This document shows, in pieces, positions 23,900 through 32,000 of a stretch of DNA of 32,000 bases. Source of the DNA: an archaeon. Lineage in GTDB: Archaea; Iainarchaeota; Iainarchaeia; Iainarchaeales; 1-14-0-10-31-34. Both the position numbers and the translations under genes were made by a program. The notes below the pieces were generated by a model. The model saw nothing but the letters and a program-made list of their open reading frames with translations, searched no databases and had not been told where the DNA came from. Every line of letters begins with the position of its first letter. Position 1 is the first letter of the stretch. The DNA lies in NCBI GenBank assembly GCA_024277355.1, contig JAJRVL010000002.1, positions 1 to 32,000 of the forward strand, written 5' to 3'.

Positions 23900-24505
23900 A
23901 TGAATTTTTTTAATTTAGATTTTTTATCGAAAAAAATCTTTTCATCTAAACCAATTTTAATTTTTTTAATTCTGGCAAATTTCCTTGGGGCGGTTTATGG
24001 GTTTATAATTTATTACGGCCAGCAATTCATGCAAACGCCTTTGCATTTATGGTTGTTTGTTCCTGACTGTCCTTTATTTTCGTTTTTAATGGCTTTGTCT
24101 TTTTTTTTGATTTTAATTAAAAAAGAGTCTTCTTTTGTGTTTTTTTTTACTTTAGTAGGGAGTTTAAAATATGGTTTTTGGGTGGTTTTTGTTTTATTAT
24201 TTTATAATTCTTTTTATTTTACGCCTAAATTTTTTGTTGTTCCTTTATTTTTATTAATTTCGCATGCATTTCTTTTTTTTGAATCATTTTTATTAATTAA
24301 GAAAATTCGTTTTAAATTATTTTATTTAATTCTTGTTTTAGTTTTCTTTTTGGCAAATGATTTTTCTGATTATTTTTTTAATACTCATCCGCCGGTTCCT
24401 TTGAATGAATTAAATTTCTTGTTTTATTTTACTGTAGGGTCTTCTTTGTTTTTTGCTGGTTTAGCTTTATTCCTGTATCGTAATGCAGTTAACAGGACAG
24501 CTTGA
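23900..24505 (+). CDS. polytopic Phe/Leu-rich membrane protein (possibly DUF1405/YpjA-like; not verified)
   Basis: 201 aa with 5-6 hydrophobic helices and a LWLFVPDCPLFS motif. The family assignment is from memory only. Its 3' end overlaps the convergent ferredoxin gene by 39 nt. Confidence 0.55.
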   Translation: MNFFNLDFLSKKIFSSKPILIFLILANFLGAVYGFIIYYGQQFMQTPLHLWLFVPDCPLFSFLMALSFFLILIKKESSFVFFFTLVGSLKYGFWVVFVLLFYNSFYFTPKFFVVPLFLLISHAFLFFESFLLIKKIRFKLFYLILVLVFFLANDFSDYFFNTHPPVPLNELNFLFYFTVGSSLFFAGLALFLYRNAVNRTA

Positions 24506-24652
24506 AGCAGCTTCTTTATTGCAGCCAACTTCATTTAATTCAGTTTTAATTGGCTGGCTTTTTCCTTCAATCATTTCCCAGTTATCTGGGCATATTGCGG
24601 CACAAGCTCCGCATCCAATACATGCTTCTTTATCTTGAGTTATTTTAATCAT
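24467..24652 (-). CDS. small single-cluster 4Fe-4S (or 3Fe-4S) ferredoxin
   Basis: 61 aa with CIGCGACAAICP plus a distal C...SCP, as in ~60-aa Pyrococcus/Thermotoga-type ferredoxins. Confidence 0.85.
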   Translation of the reverse strand: MIKITQDKEACIGCGACAAICPDNWEMIEGKSQPIKTELNEVGCNKEAASSCPVNCITIQE

Positions 24653-24800
24653 TTTTTATCCCTCTTATTTGAATTTCTTTCTTTAAATTATTCAAACTAT
24701 TTTTTTTTATATTTATTGGATGCTTTTTCAGGATTAAGGCTTTAAATGTTTTGATAAAATAATCTTTTTACAGCCTAATATAATGAATTAAGGTGTTATT

Positions 24801-25130
24801 TTGTCTCAAGATGAAACTCTCTCTAAAATTAAACAAGCAGAAGAATCAGCAGCTAAAAAACTTGATTTAGCTGAAAAAACCAAAGAAAATTTGATTGAAC
24901 AGGCGAAAACTGATTCAATTTCTTTGATTACTGAAGCAGACAACAAAGACAACGAATTTAGGGAAAAAGAAATCCAGAAAGCAAAAGAAAAAATAAATAA
25001 AACAAAAGAAAAGCTGATTAATGAAAACAATTCTTCAACTGATTTAATAAAGAAAAAAGCTTTATCTAAAATTAAATCTGAAGCAAAATTTATTGTAAAA
25101 AAGTTTTCAGAAGAAGCATTTAGTTCTTAG
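24801..25130 (+). CDS. atpH: A1Ao ATP synthase subunit H
   Basis: 109-aa coiled-coil Lys/Glu-rich protein, first in the H-I-K-E-C-F-A-B order. The TTG start is preceded by the SD AAGGTG. Confidence 0.7.
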   Translation: MSQDETLSKIKQAEESAAKKLDLAEKTKENLIEQAKTDSISLITEADNKDNEFREKEIQKAKEKINKTKEKLINENNSSTDLIKKKALSKIKSEAKFIVKKFSEEAFSS

Positions 25131-25149
25131 TTAATATTATGTGTTTTTT

Positions 25150-26949
25150 ATGATTAAAACTCAGAGAATGAGCCGAATTAGAATAACTGGTCCAAAAAAC
25201 AACATGAAAAAACTAATTGGTGAACTGCATTCACTTAAATTAATGCATTTAATTGACTATAAAGGAAAAGACTTTGAAACAGGAAATTCTTTTGCTGAAG
25301 CAGAACAGGTTTCAGATAAATTAGTTAAATTAAGGTCAATGATAAGTCATTTTAATTTGGATTTAAAGCCAAGAATAATAAAAGACCTTAAAGTATGTAA
25401 TGGAAAATTCAGTGAAATTCATTTAAAATACATGGAATTAAATCAGGAAATTTCTGTTTTAACTGAAGAAAAATCTTTATTAAATTCAAAAAAACAATCA
25501 ATTGAACCTTTTTCTTCACTTAACTTAAATTCAAATCATTTTTTTGGATTTAATTCAATTACTGTGTTTAAAGGAACAGTAAAAAAACCTTTAACTGAAC
25601 AGGAAATAAAACAAATAACAAATGAATTTGAATTTTTTTCTTCAGTTTATAAAGGAAAAAACATTATTGCTTTGTTTATTCCGAACAAAAACAAAGAAAA
25701 AATTCATTTACTTTTATCAGAATATGGTTTTAATGAATTAAATTTTGAAGAAAACTCTGATTTAAATCAAATTAATTCAGAATTAAATTCAGTTGAAAAA
25801 AAACTTTCTTCTTTTAATTCTCAATTAAATTCATTGAAAGAAAAAGAAGGACAGTTTTTGGTTGACTTAGAATATAATTTAGAAAAAGAAAATGAAAAAC
25901 TTGAAGCGCCCTTAAAATTTGCTGTAACCTTAAATGCTTTTGTTATTGATGGCTGGGTTCCTGAAAAAAAAGCAAAAGAAATAAAAGAAAAACTAAAAGT
26001 TTTAACTAAAGATAAAATTTTCTTTGAAGAATTAAAAGACAAAAAAAATGCTCCAATAGCAATGGATAATCCTTCAATGGTTAAACCATTCCAGTTTTTT
26101 TTGAATTTGTATTCTCTTCCAAAATACACTGAATTAGATCCAACTTTCCTTGTATTTATTACTTTCCCGTTATTTTTTGGTTTTATGTTAGGGGATGTAG
26201 GTTATGGAATTGTTACTTTACTTGCATTTATTTTTTTAAGAGGAAAACTAAAAGGAGAAGCAAGACTTTTAGTTAGTTCTTTGATTGTTGCTTCTTTAGC
26301 TACAATATTTTTTGGTTTTATTTTTGGAGAAGCATTTGGATTTGAATTTGTTGAACATCCAATTCTTAACAGAGCGCATGACTTAAATACAATGCTTTTA
26401 ATTTCAATTTTAGTCGGCATAATTCACATTACTTTTGGTTATATTATTGGATTTTATAATGTTTTAATTCAGCATGGACTAAAAGAAGCAGTGTTAGAAA
26501 AAGGATCTTGGTTGATGATTGAAGCAGGAGGATTACTTGTATTATCTGAAATGATTTTAGGAATGACTTCTTTTGGAAATATTGCCGGAGGACTATTGTT
26601 GTTTTTAGGAATTGTTTTGCTGTTTAAAGGAGAAGGAGTCCAGGGAATAATTGAATTGCCTGCGATTTTAAGTAATACTTTGTCTTATGCAAGGCTTTTT
26701 GCTGTTGGGTTAGCTTCAGTTAAATTAGCAGTAATAATAAATGAGTTTGCAACAGAATTCTTTAATCAAGGCGGAATTTTCATTGTAGCATCAGTTTTAA
26801 TTCTTTTGCTTGGACATTTTGTTAATATACTATTAGGTTTAATAGGGCCTTTTTTGCATTCATTAAGGCTTCATTATGTTGAATTTTTTGGTAAATTCTA
26901 TAAAGGCGGAGGAAAACCATTTCTGCCTTTTGGAGTTGAAAAAAATTAA
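25150..26949 (+). CDS. atpI: A1Ao ATP synthase subunit I (a-subunit, stator/proton channel)
   Basis: ~600 aa. An N-terminal cytoplasmic coiled-coil half (MSRIRITGPK...) is followed by a C-terminal polytopic half containing LSYARLFAVGLAS (with the conserved Arg) and LHSLRLHYVEFF. Confidence 0.9.
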   Translation: MIKTQRMSRIRITGPKNNMKKLIGELHSLKLMHLIDYKGKDFETGNSFAEAEQVSDKLVKLRSMISHFNLDLKPRIIKDLKVCNGKFSEIHLKYMELNQEISVLTEEKSLLNSKKQSIEPFSSLNLNSNHFFGFNSITVFKGTVKKPLTEQEIKQITNEFEFFSSVYKGKNIIALFIPNKNKEKIHLLLSEYGFNELNFEENSDLNQINSELNSVEKKLSSFNSQLNSLKEKEGQFLVDLEYNLEKENEKLEAPLKFAVTLNAFVIDGWVPEKKAKEIKEKLKVLTKDKIFFEELKDKKNAPIAMDNPSMVKPFQFFLNLYSLPKYTELDPTFLVFITFPLFFGFMLGDVGYGIVTLLAFIFLRGKLKGEARLLVSSLIVASLATIFFGFIFGEAFGFEFVEHPILNRAHDLNTMLLISILVGIIHITFGYIIGFYNVLIQHGLKEAVLEKGSWLMIEAGGLLVLSEMILGMTSFGNIAGGLLLFLGIVLLFKGEGVQGIIELPAILSNTLSYARLFAVGLASVKLAVIINEFATEFFNQGGIFIVASVLILLLGHFVNILLGLIGPFLHSLRLHYVEFFGKFYKGGGKPFLPFGVEKN

Positions 26950-26974
26950 TATTTAATTAAAGGAGGAATATAAC

Positions 26975-27208
26975 ATGGTTGAATTAGAATTAGGATTGAT
27001 TGCAATAGGAGCAGGAATTGCAATTGCAGGAAGCGCTTATGCTGCAGCAATAGCAGAAAAAGAAATAGGAACTGCCGCAGTGGGAGCAATGGCTGAAAAA
27101 GAAGAATTATTTGGTAAAGCATTAATTTTAACAGTAATTCCAGAAACATTAGTCATTTTCGGTTTAGTTATTGCAATAATGATTTTAGGTTTAGCTCCGG
27201 CGCACTAA
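26975..27208 (+). CDS. atpK: A1Ao ATP synthase subunit K (c/proteolipid, single hairpin)
   Basis: 77 aa with two hydrophobic helices and the ion-binding Glu in IPETLVIFGL. An AAGGAGG SD lies upstream. Confidence 0.9.
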   Translation: MVELELGLIAIGAGIAIAGSAYAAAIAEKEIGTAAVGAMAEKEELFGKALILTVIPETLVIFGLVIAIMILGLAPAH

Positions 27209-27228
27209 AATCTAAAAGGTTTTAACAA

Positions 27229-27786
27229 ATGTCATTAGAAAATGTAATTAAAGAAATAAACAATGAGACTGAATTAAAGTCTAATGCAATAATTAATGAA
27301 GGAAAAATACAAGCAAAAGAAATACTGCAAAAAACAAAAGAAAAAGTAAACAAATCAAAAGAAAAAACAGTTAAAAAAACCAGTGAAATAGTTTCTTCGA
27401 TGGAAAGAACTGAATTAGCTTCATTAAAACTGTTGTTAAAAAAACAACAGCTTAACGCAAAGAAAGAAGTAATTGATTCTTTGTTTGATGAAGTAAAAAA
27501 CCAATTAGAGAAACTTAATTCAAAAGAAAAAGAAAAAATCCTGAAAAAATTATTGCAGAAAGGAAAAAAAGAAGTTAATGCAGAGTATTTTTACTGCAAT
27601 GCAAAAGATAAAGCATTAATTTCAAAACTTTCCGGATTAAAATTCAGAGAATCAATTGAATGTTCAGGCGGATTTGTTCTTGAAAACAAAGAAGGAACAA
27701 TTCGTTCAGATCAGACATTTGATTTAATTCTTGAAAAAGTTAAAGAAAAAAATATAAGTGATATTTCTTCAAGGGTGTTTGGATGA
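27229..27786 (+). CDS. atpE: A1Ao ATP synthase subunit E
   Basis: 185 aa with a long N-terminal helix (IINEGKIQAKEILQKTKEK) and a globular C-terminus (GGFVLENKEGTIRSDQTFD). The position in the operon fits. Confidence 0.85.
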   Translation: MSLENVIKEINNETELKSNAIINEGKIQAKEILQKTKEKVNKSKEKTVKKTSEIVSSMERTELASLKLLLKKQQLNAKKEVIDSLFDEVKNQLEKLNSKEKEKILKKLLQKGKKEVNAEYFYCNAKDKALISKLSGLKFRESIECSGGFVLENKEGTIRSDQTFDLILEKVKEKNISDISSRVFG

Positions 27787-28682
27787 CTGGAAAAGGTTTT
27801 GGATATTCTTATACTAATACAAGAGTAAGAGTAATGAAATCAAAATTAATTGATTCAACTGAATACCCAAAATTAATGAAAATGAGTTTAGACCAGATAG
27901 CCCGTTTTTTAGGAGAAAGCGAATACAAAAAAGAAATAGAAGAATTAGGTGCAGTATTTGAAGAAGCAAATTTAATTGAATATGCAGTAAACAGAAACCT
28001 GGCAAACTCATTTAAAAAAATACTGTCTTTTTCTTTGAAAGATTCAAGAAAATCAGTTTTAGTTTTCCTGAAAAAATATGATATATGGAACATTAAAACA
28101 ATTTTAAGAGGCAAACAATCAAATGAAAACCCTGAAGAAATAATTCAAAACTTAATTCCTGCAGGAGAATTTTCAGAGGAATTTTTAACTGAAGTAATAA
28201 AAAAATCTAATTCAGTTGAAGAAGCAGTTGAATTTTTCAAAAAAACTTCTTATTATGGAATAATGAAAAAACATTTATCAAATTTAACTGAATTAGAAGA
28301 TGAATTAGATATTAATTATTTTAATGAATTAATTGAAAGTTCTTCAGGAAAAGTAAAAAACTTAATGATTCAGCAGGCAGTATATCTTGATGCATTAAAT
28401 GAAGCAAGAGCAAAAGAAACAAAAATTTCAATGAAAAACATTATTTCAACAAAAAAAAGAAAAAAAATTGTAGTTGAAAATTTAGAAGAAGCAAGAGTTG
28501 AATTTAAAAAAGATATTTCGGCTAAAGGAAAAAAATTAGTTCATGAATTTAAAAGAGATTCTTCTCCAGTAATAGGTTATTTTATCGCAAAAGAAAATGA
28601 AGCAAATAATTTAAGGATTATTACAAGAGGAAAACAATCGAATTTGCCTTTAGATTTAATTGAAAAACAAATGGTGTTTTAA
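27783..28682 (+). CDS. atpC: A1Ao ATP synthase subunit C (V-type d homologue)
   Basis: GYSYTNTRVRVMKSKLI N-terminus typical of AtpC. ATGA overlap with atpE. At 299 aa it is somewhat shorter than usual. Confidence 0.85.
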   Translation: MTGKGFGYSYTNTRVRVMKSKLIDSTEYPKLMKMSLDQIARFLGESEYKKEIEELGAVFEEANLIEYAVNRNLANSFKKILSFSLKDSRKSVLVFLKKYDIWNIKTILRGKQSNENPEEIIQNLIPAGEFSEEFLTEVIKKSNSVEEAVEFFKKTSYYGIMKKHLSNLTELEDELDINYFNELIESSSGKVKNLMIQQAVYLDALNEARAKETKISMKNIISTKKRKKIVVENLEEARVEFKKDISAKGKKLVHEFKRDSSPVIGYFIAKENEANNLRIITRGKQSNLPLDLIEKQMVF

Positions 28683-28978
28683 TGGACATAGCAGTATTAG
28701 GAACAGATGATTTTGTAACAGGTTTTAGGTTGGCGGGAGTAAAAAATACTTTTGCAGTAACAAATGATTTTGACGAAAAAATAAAAGAAGTTTTAGACAA
28801 TAAAGAAATAGGCGTAATTGTAATTGAACAGGAAGAAATGGATAAAATGTCAAATAAAACAAAAAGAGTTTTAGAAAAGCTTATTACTCCGGTTCTGATA
28901 ACCCTTTCATCTAAAGGGAAAGAAACGGATTTAAGAGAATTAATCAAAAGAACGGTTGGGGTTGATTTATGGAAATAG
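28682..28978 (+). CDS. atpF: A1Ao ATP synthase subunit F
   Basis: [20 protein letters not shown], 98 aa. Its start overlaps the atpC stop. Confidence 0.88.
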   Translation: MDIAVLGTDDFVTGFRLAGVKNTFAVTNDFDEKIKEVLDNKEIGVIVIEQEEMDKMSNKTKRVLEKLITPVLITLSSKGKETDLRELIKRTVGVDLWK

Positions 28979-30711
28979 CAAAAATTTACAGGATTTCAGG
29001 ACCTGTTGTAGTAGCAAAAAACTTAAATGCAAAAATGTTTGACTTAGTTAAAGTAGGAAAAGAAGAATTAATGGGGGAAGTCATTCAAATTGACGGAGAC
29101 AAAACAACAATTCAGGTTTATGAAGAAACTTCTGGTTTAACTCCAGGAGAAAAAGTTGAAAACACAGGAATGCCTTTATCAGTTGAATTAGGACCAGGAA
29201 TGCTTTCAACAATTTATGATGGAATTCAAAGACCGCTTCCAGGATTAATGGAAAAAATGGGGGCTTTTATTGAAAGAGGAATAACTATTCCCGGATTAGA
29301 CAGAAAAAAGAAATGGAACTTTAAGCCAACCGTAAAAAAAGGAGATAAAGTTTCAGGAGGGGATGTAATTGGAACTGTACAGGAAACAACAAATATTTTA
29401 CATAAAATTTTAGTGCCTCCAACAATAAGCGGAAAAATAAAAGAAATCAAAACAGGAAAATTTACTGTAACAGAAACAATTGCAGTATTAGATAAAGGAA
29501 CAAAATTAAGTTTAATGCATAAATGGCCAGTAAAAAGGCCTCGCCCATATGCCCAAAAATTAATGCCTTCAATTCCTTTAATTACAGGTCAAAGAATTTT
29601 AGATAGTTTATTTCCAATAGCTAAAGGTGGAGCAGGAAGTATTCCGGGACCGTTTGGTTCAGGAAAAACAGTAACCCAGCAGCAATTAGCTAAATGGAGT
29701 GACGCAGAAATTGTTGTTTATATTGGATGCGGTGAAAGAGGAAATGAAATGACTGAAGTTTTAACTGAATTCCCTGAATTATTAGATGTAAAAACAGGAA
29801 AACCTTTAATGGAAAGAACAGTCTTAATTGCAAATACTTCTAATATGCCTGTTGCAGCAAGAGAAGCTTCAGTTTATACTGGAATGACTATAGCAGAATA
29901 TTTCAGAGATCAGGGTTTTGATGTAAGCTTAATGGCTGATTCTACTTCCCGTTGGGCTGAAGCAATGAGAGAAATTTCTTCTCGATTAGAAGAAATGCCT
30001 GGCGAAGAAGGTTATCCAGCTTATCTTGCAGCAAGATTATCAGAATTTTATGAAAGAGCCGGAAGAGTTAATGCTTTAGGTTCAAAAGAAGTAATTGGTT
30101 CAGTTACAGCAATTGGTGCAGTTTCTCCTCCAGGAGGAGACTTTTCAGAACCTGTAACTCAAAATACTTTAAAGATTACAAAAGTGTTTTGGGCTTTAGA
30201 TGCAAAATTAGCTCACAGAAGACACTTTCCTTCAATTAACTGGCTTGACTCTTATAGTTTATATGCAAACTCTTTAGAAAACTGGTTTATTGAAAATGTA
30301 GCAGAAGACTGGGTTAAAATCAGAACTCAAATAATGAATGTCTTACAAAAAGAAGCTTCATTACAGGAAATTGTTCAGTTAATTGGTTCAGATGCTTTGC
30401 CTGAAAAAGAACAGCTTACAATGGAAGTTGCAAGATTAATTAGAGAAGGTTTTTTGCAGCAAAACGCATTCCATGAAGTTGACTCTTACTGCAGTCTAAA
30501 AAAACAATATGGTATTTTGAAGTCAATTATTTCTTTTTCTGAACAAGCTAATGCAGCAGTTGATGTTGGAGTGCCAATTGAAAGCATAATTAAAATGAAT
30601 TCAAAATCTAAATTAACTAAAGTTTCTTTAGTTAAAGAAGAATTATTTGAAAAAGAAACAGAAAAAATAATGAATGAAATGAAAGAAGAATTTAAGTCAA
30701 TCGCAAAATAA
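28969..30711 (+). CDS. atpA: A1Ao ATP synthase catalytic subunit A
   Basis: P-loop [34 protein letters not shown]-type motif (here [18 protein letters not shown]), [11 protein letters not shown]. Confidence 0.95.
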   Translation: MEIAKIYRISGPVVVAKNLNAKMFDLVKVGKEELMGEVIQIDGDKTTIQVYEETSGLTPGEKVENTGMPLSVELGPGMLSTIYDGIQRPLPGLMEKMGAFIERGITIPGLDRKKKWNFKPTVKKGDKVSGGDVIGTVQETTNILHKILVPPTISGKIKEIKTGKFTVTETIAVLDKGTKLSLMHKWPVKRPRPYAQKLMPSIPLITGQRILDSLFPIAKGGAGSIPGPFGSGKTVTQQQLAKWSDAEIVVYIGCGERGNEMTEVLTEFPELLDVKTGKPLMERTVLIANTSNMPVAAREASVYTGMTIAEYFRDQGFDVSLMADSTSRWAEAMREISSRLEEMPGEEGYPAYLAARLSEFYERAGRVNALGSKEVIGSVTAIGAVSPPGGDFSEPVTQNTLKITKVFWALDAKLAHRRHFPSINWLDSYSLYANSLENWFIENVAEDWVKIRTQIMNVLQKEASLQEIVQLIGSDALPEKEQLTMEVARLIREGFLQQNAFHEVDSYCSLKKQYGILKSIISFSEQANAAVDVGVPIESIIKMNSKSKLTKVSLVKEELFEKETEKIMNEMKEEFKSIAK

Positions 30712-30730
30712 TGTCTGGAGTGATGAGAAA

Positions 30731-32000
30731 ATGAAAGAATATAAAACAATTGAAAAAATTGCAGGACCATTAATTTTTGTAAAAAAAACTGATCCAATAG
30801 GTTATGGAGAATTAGTTAAAATAAAACTTGGAGACGGAACAATAAAAAATGGTCAAGTATTAGATACTTCAGATGATTTAGTTGTTGTACAGGTATTTGA
30901 AGGAACTTCGGCAATAGATAAACAGTCAACAGTTAAATTTACAGGAGATACAATTAAACTAAAAGTTTCAAAAGATTTATTAGGAAGAGTTTTATCAGGT
31001 TTAGGCAATCCATTAGATGGCGGACCACAAATAATTCCAGAAAAAGAACAGGATATTATTGGAGCAGCAATTAATCCTTATGCAAGAAGTTCTCCAAAAG
31101 ATTTTGTTCAAACAGGAATTTCAACTATTGACGGAATGAATACTTTAGTTAAAGGACAAAAACTGCCAATTTTTTCTGGTTCAGGTTTGCCTCATAATGA
31201 CATTGCATTGCAAATTGCAAGACAGGCAAAAGTTGAAGGAAATTTTGCTGTTGTTTTTGCTGCAATGGGAATAACAAATGAAGAAGCACAGCAATTCCAA
31301 AGAGATTTTGAACAAACAGGCGCATTAGAAAGAACAATTATGTTTTTGAATTTAGCTAATGATCCTGCAATTGAAAGACTTATTACTCCTAGAATGGCTT
31401 TAACTGCAGCAGAATATTTAGCTTATGAACACGACATGCATGTTTTAGTAATTTTAACTGATATGACAAATTATTGTGAAGCATTAAGAGAAATTGGAGC
31501 TGCAAGAGAAGAAGTTCCTGGAAGAAGAGGTTATCCAGGGTATATGTATACAGATTTAGCTTCAATTTATGAAAGAGCAGGATTAATTAAAGGAAAACAA
31601 GGTTCAGTAACTCAAATTCCAATTCTAACAATGCCAGGAGATGACATAACTCATCCAATTCCTGATTTAACTGGATATATCACTGAAGGACAAATTGTGT
31701 TGGGAAGAGATTTGCATATGAAAGGAATTTATCCTCCAATTGATGTTTTGCCTTGTTTGTCTAGATTAATGAATGCAGGAATTGGCAAAAAAAACACAAG
31801 AGATGACCATAAAGCAGTTTCAAATCAATGTTATGCAGGTTATGCTGAAGGAAGATCTTTAAGAGGATTAGTTGCAATTGTCGGAGAAGAAGCTTTAAGT
31901 GAAAGAGACAGAGGTTTCTTAAAATTTGCAGAACAATTTGAAGACAAATTTATCAGACAAGCAAAAAACGAAAACAGAACAATTTTTGATACTTTAAATT
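30731..32000 (+). CDS. atpB: A1Ao ATP synthase subunit B (3' end beyond the window)
   Basis: Not in the ORF track because it is truncated. Translation from the ATG at 30731 gives [19 protein letters not shown]...[15 protein letters not shown]...[45 protein letters not shown] lies upstream. Confidence 0.92.
   Translation, partial: MKEYKTIEKIAGPLIFVKKTDPIGYGELVKIKLGDGTIKNGQVLDTSDDLVVVQVFEGTSAIDKQSTVKFTGDTIKLKVSKDLLGRVLSGLGNPLDGGPQIIPEKEQDIIGAAINPYARSSPKDFVQTGISTIDGMNTLVKGQKLPIFSGSGLPHNDIALQIARQAKVEGNFAVVFAAMGITNEEAQQFQRDFEQTGALERTIMFLNLANDPAIERLITPRMALTAAEYLAYEHDMHVLVILTDMTNYCEALREIGAAREEVPGRRGYPGYMYTDLASIYERAGLIKGKQGSVTQIPILTMPGDDITHPIPDLTGYITEGQIVLGRDLHMKGIYPPIDVLPCLSRLMNAGIGKKNTRDDHKAVSNQCYAGYAEGRSLRGLVAIVGEEALSERDRGFLKFAEQFEDKFIRQAKNENRTIFDTLN

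Noticed and set aside
24467-24505. 39-nt convergent overlap between the membrane protein ORF (ending at 24505) and the ferredoxin gene.
   Set aside because: It is probably a genuine 3'-3' overlap in a compact genome, or the membrane ORF tail is simply non-conserved read-through. I see no evidence of anything functional.
26975-27208. Tried to infer Na+ versus H+ specificity of the c-subunit from the PET motif.
   Set aside because: Only the Glu-Thr pair is evident. The other ligand positions cannot be assigned without an alignment or structure, and the residue five positions after Glu is Phe, not Tyr.
1-32000. Looked for CRISPR arrays, long direct or inverted repeats, transposase/integrase genes, toxin-antitoxin pairs and restriction-modification or other defence genes.
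   Set aside because: I noticed no spaced repeat arrays or recognisable mobile-element or defence protein motifs in any frame. The only repeat found is the 28-nt stretch shared by the KaiC paralogues.

Overview
By eye this is a very AT-rich, tightly packed archaeal fragment. The evidence for archaeal origin is an A1Ao ATP synthase operon in the order H-I-K-E-C-F-A-B, archaeal class III (prepilin-like) signal peptides, FlaI/FlaJ-type secretion genes, KaiC/RadA-like ATPases, a roughly 276-nt 7S-type SRP RNA, and a tRNA with no encoded CCA. Several bacterial-type housekeeping genes are mixed in, which fits a small-genome, DPANN-like lineage, but I cannot confirm taxonomy from the sequence alone.

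Layout:
- 1-12.5 kb: tRNA-Phe, then nucleotide metabolism (purA, purB, purF, purC, purE, guaA), class II lysS, a single-domain KaiC-like ATPase, a full-length RelA-type long RSH (alarmone synthetase homologue), and a bacterial-type tpiA.
- 12.5-22.4 kb: one co-directional minus-strand operon for a type IV filament (pilus-like) machine. It has a candidate major pilin, two single-domain platform proteins, a FlaI/TadA-like ATPase, five further proteins with prepilin-like N-termini (one a 727-aa adhesin-like giant), a small 2-TM protein, and a KaiC-like ATPase with a long Lys/Glu-rich N-terminus.
- 22.6-24.7 kb: small Ala-rich membrane proteins, the SRP RNA (not in the ORF track), a polytopic membrane protein and a small ferredoxin.
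- 24.8-32.0 kb: atpHIKECFAB, with atpB cut by the window end.

The observations most worth a second look are:
- the unusual composition of the pilus-like locus;
- an ATPase N-terminal domain with no start codon, which joins an upstream wHTH ORF across an A10 run by a -1 shift;
- a GC-rich triple-hairpin island inside the abnormally long leader of one pilin-like gene;
- the RelA-like RSH with a degenerate hydrolase domain.

I saw no CRISPR array, transposase, integrase or obvious mobile element.
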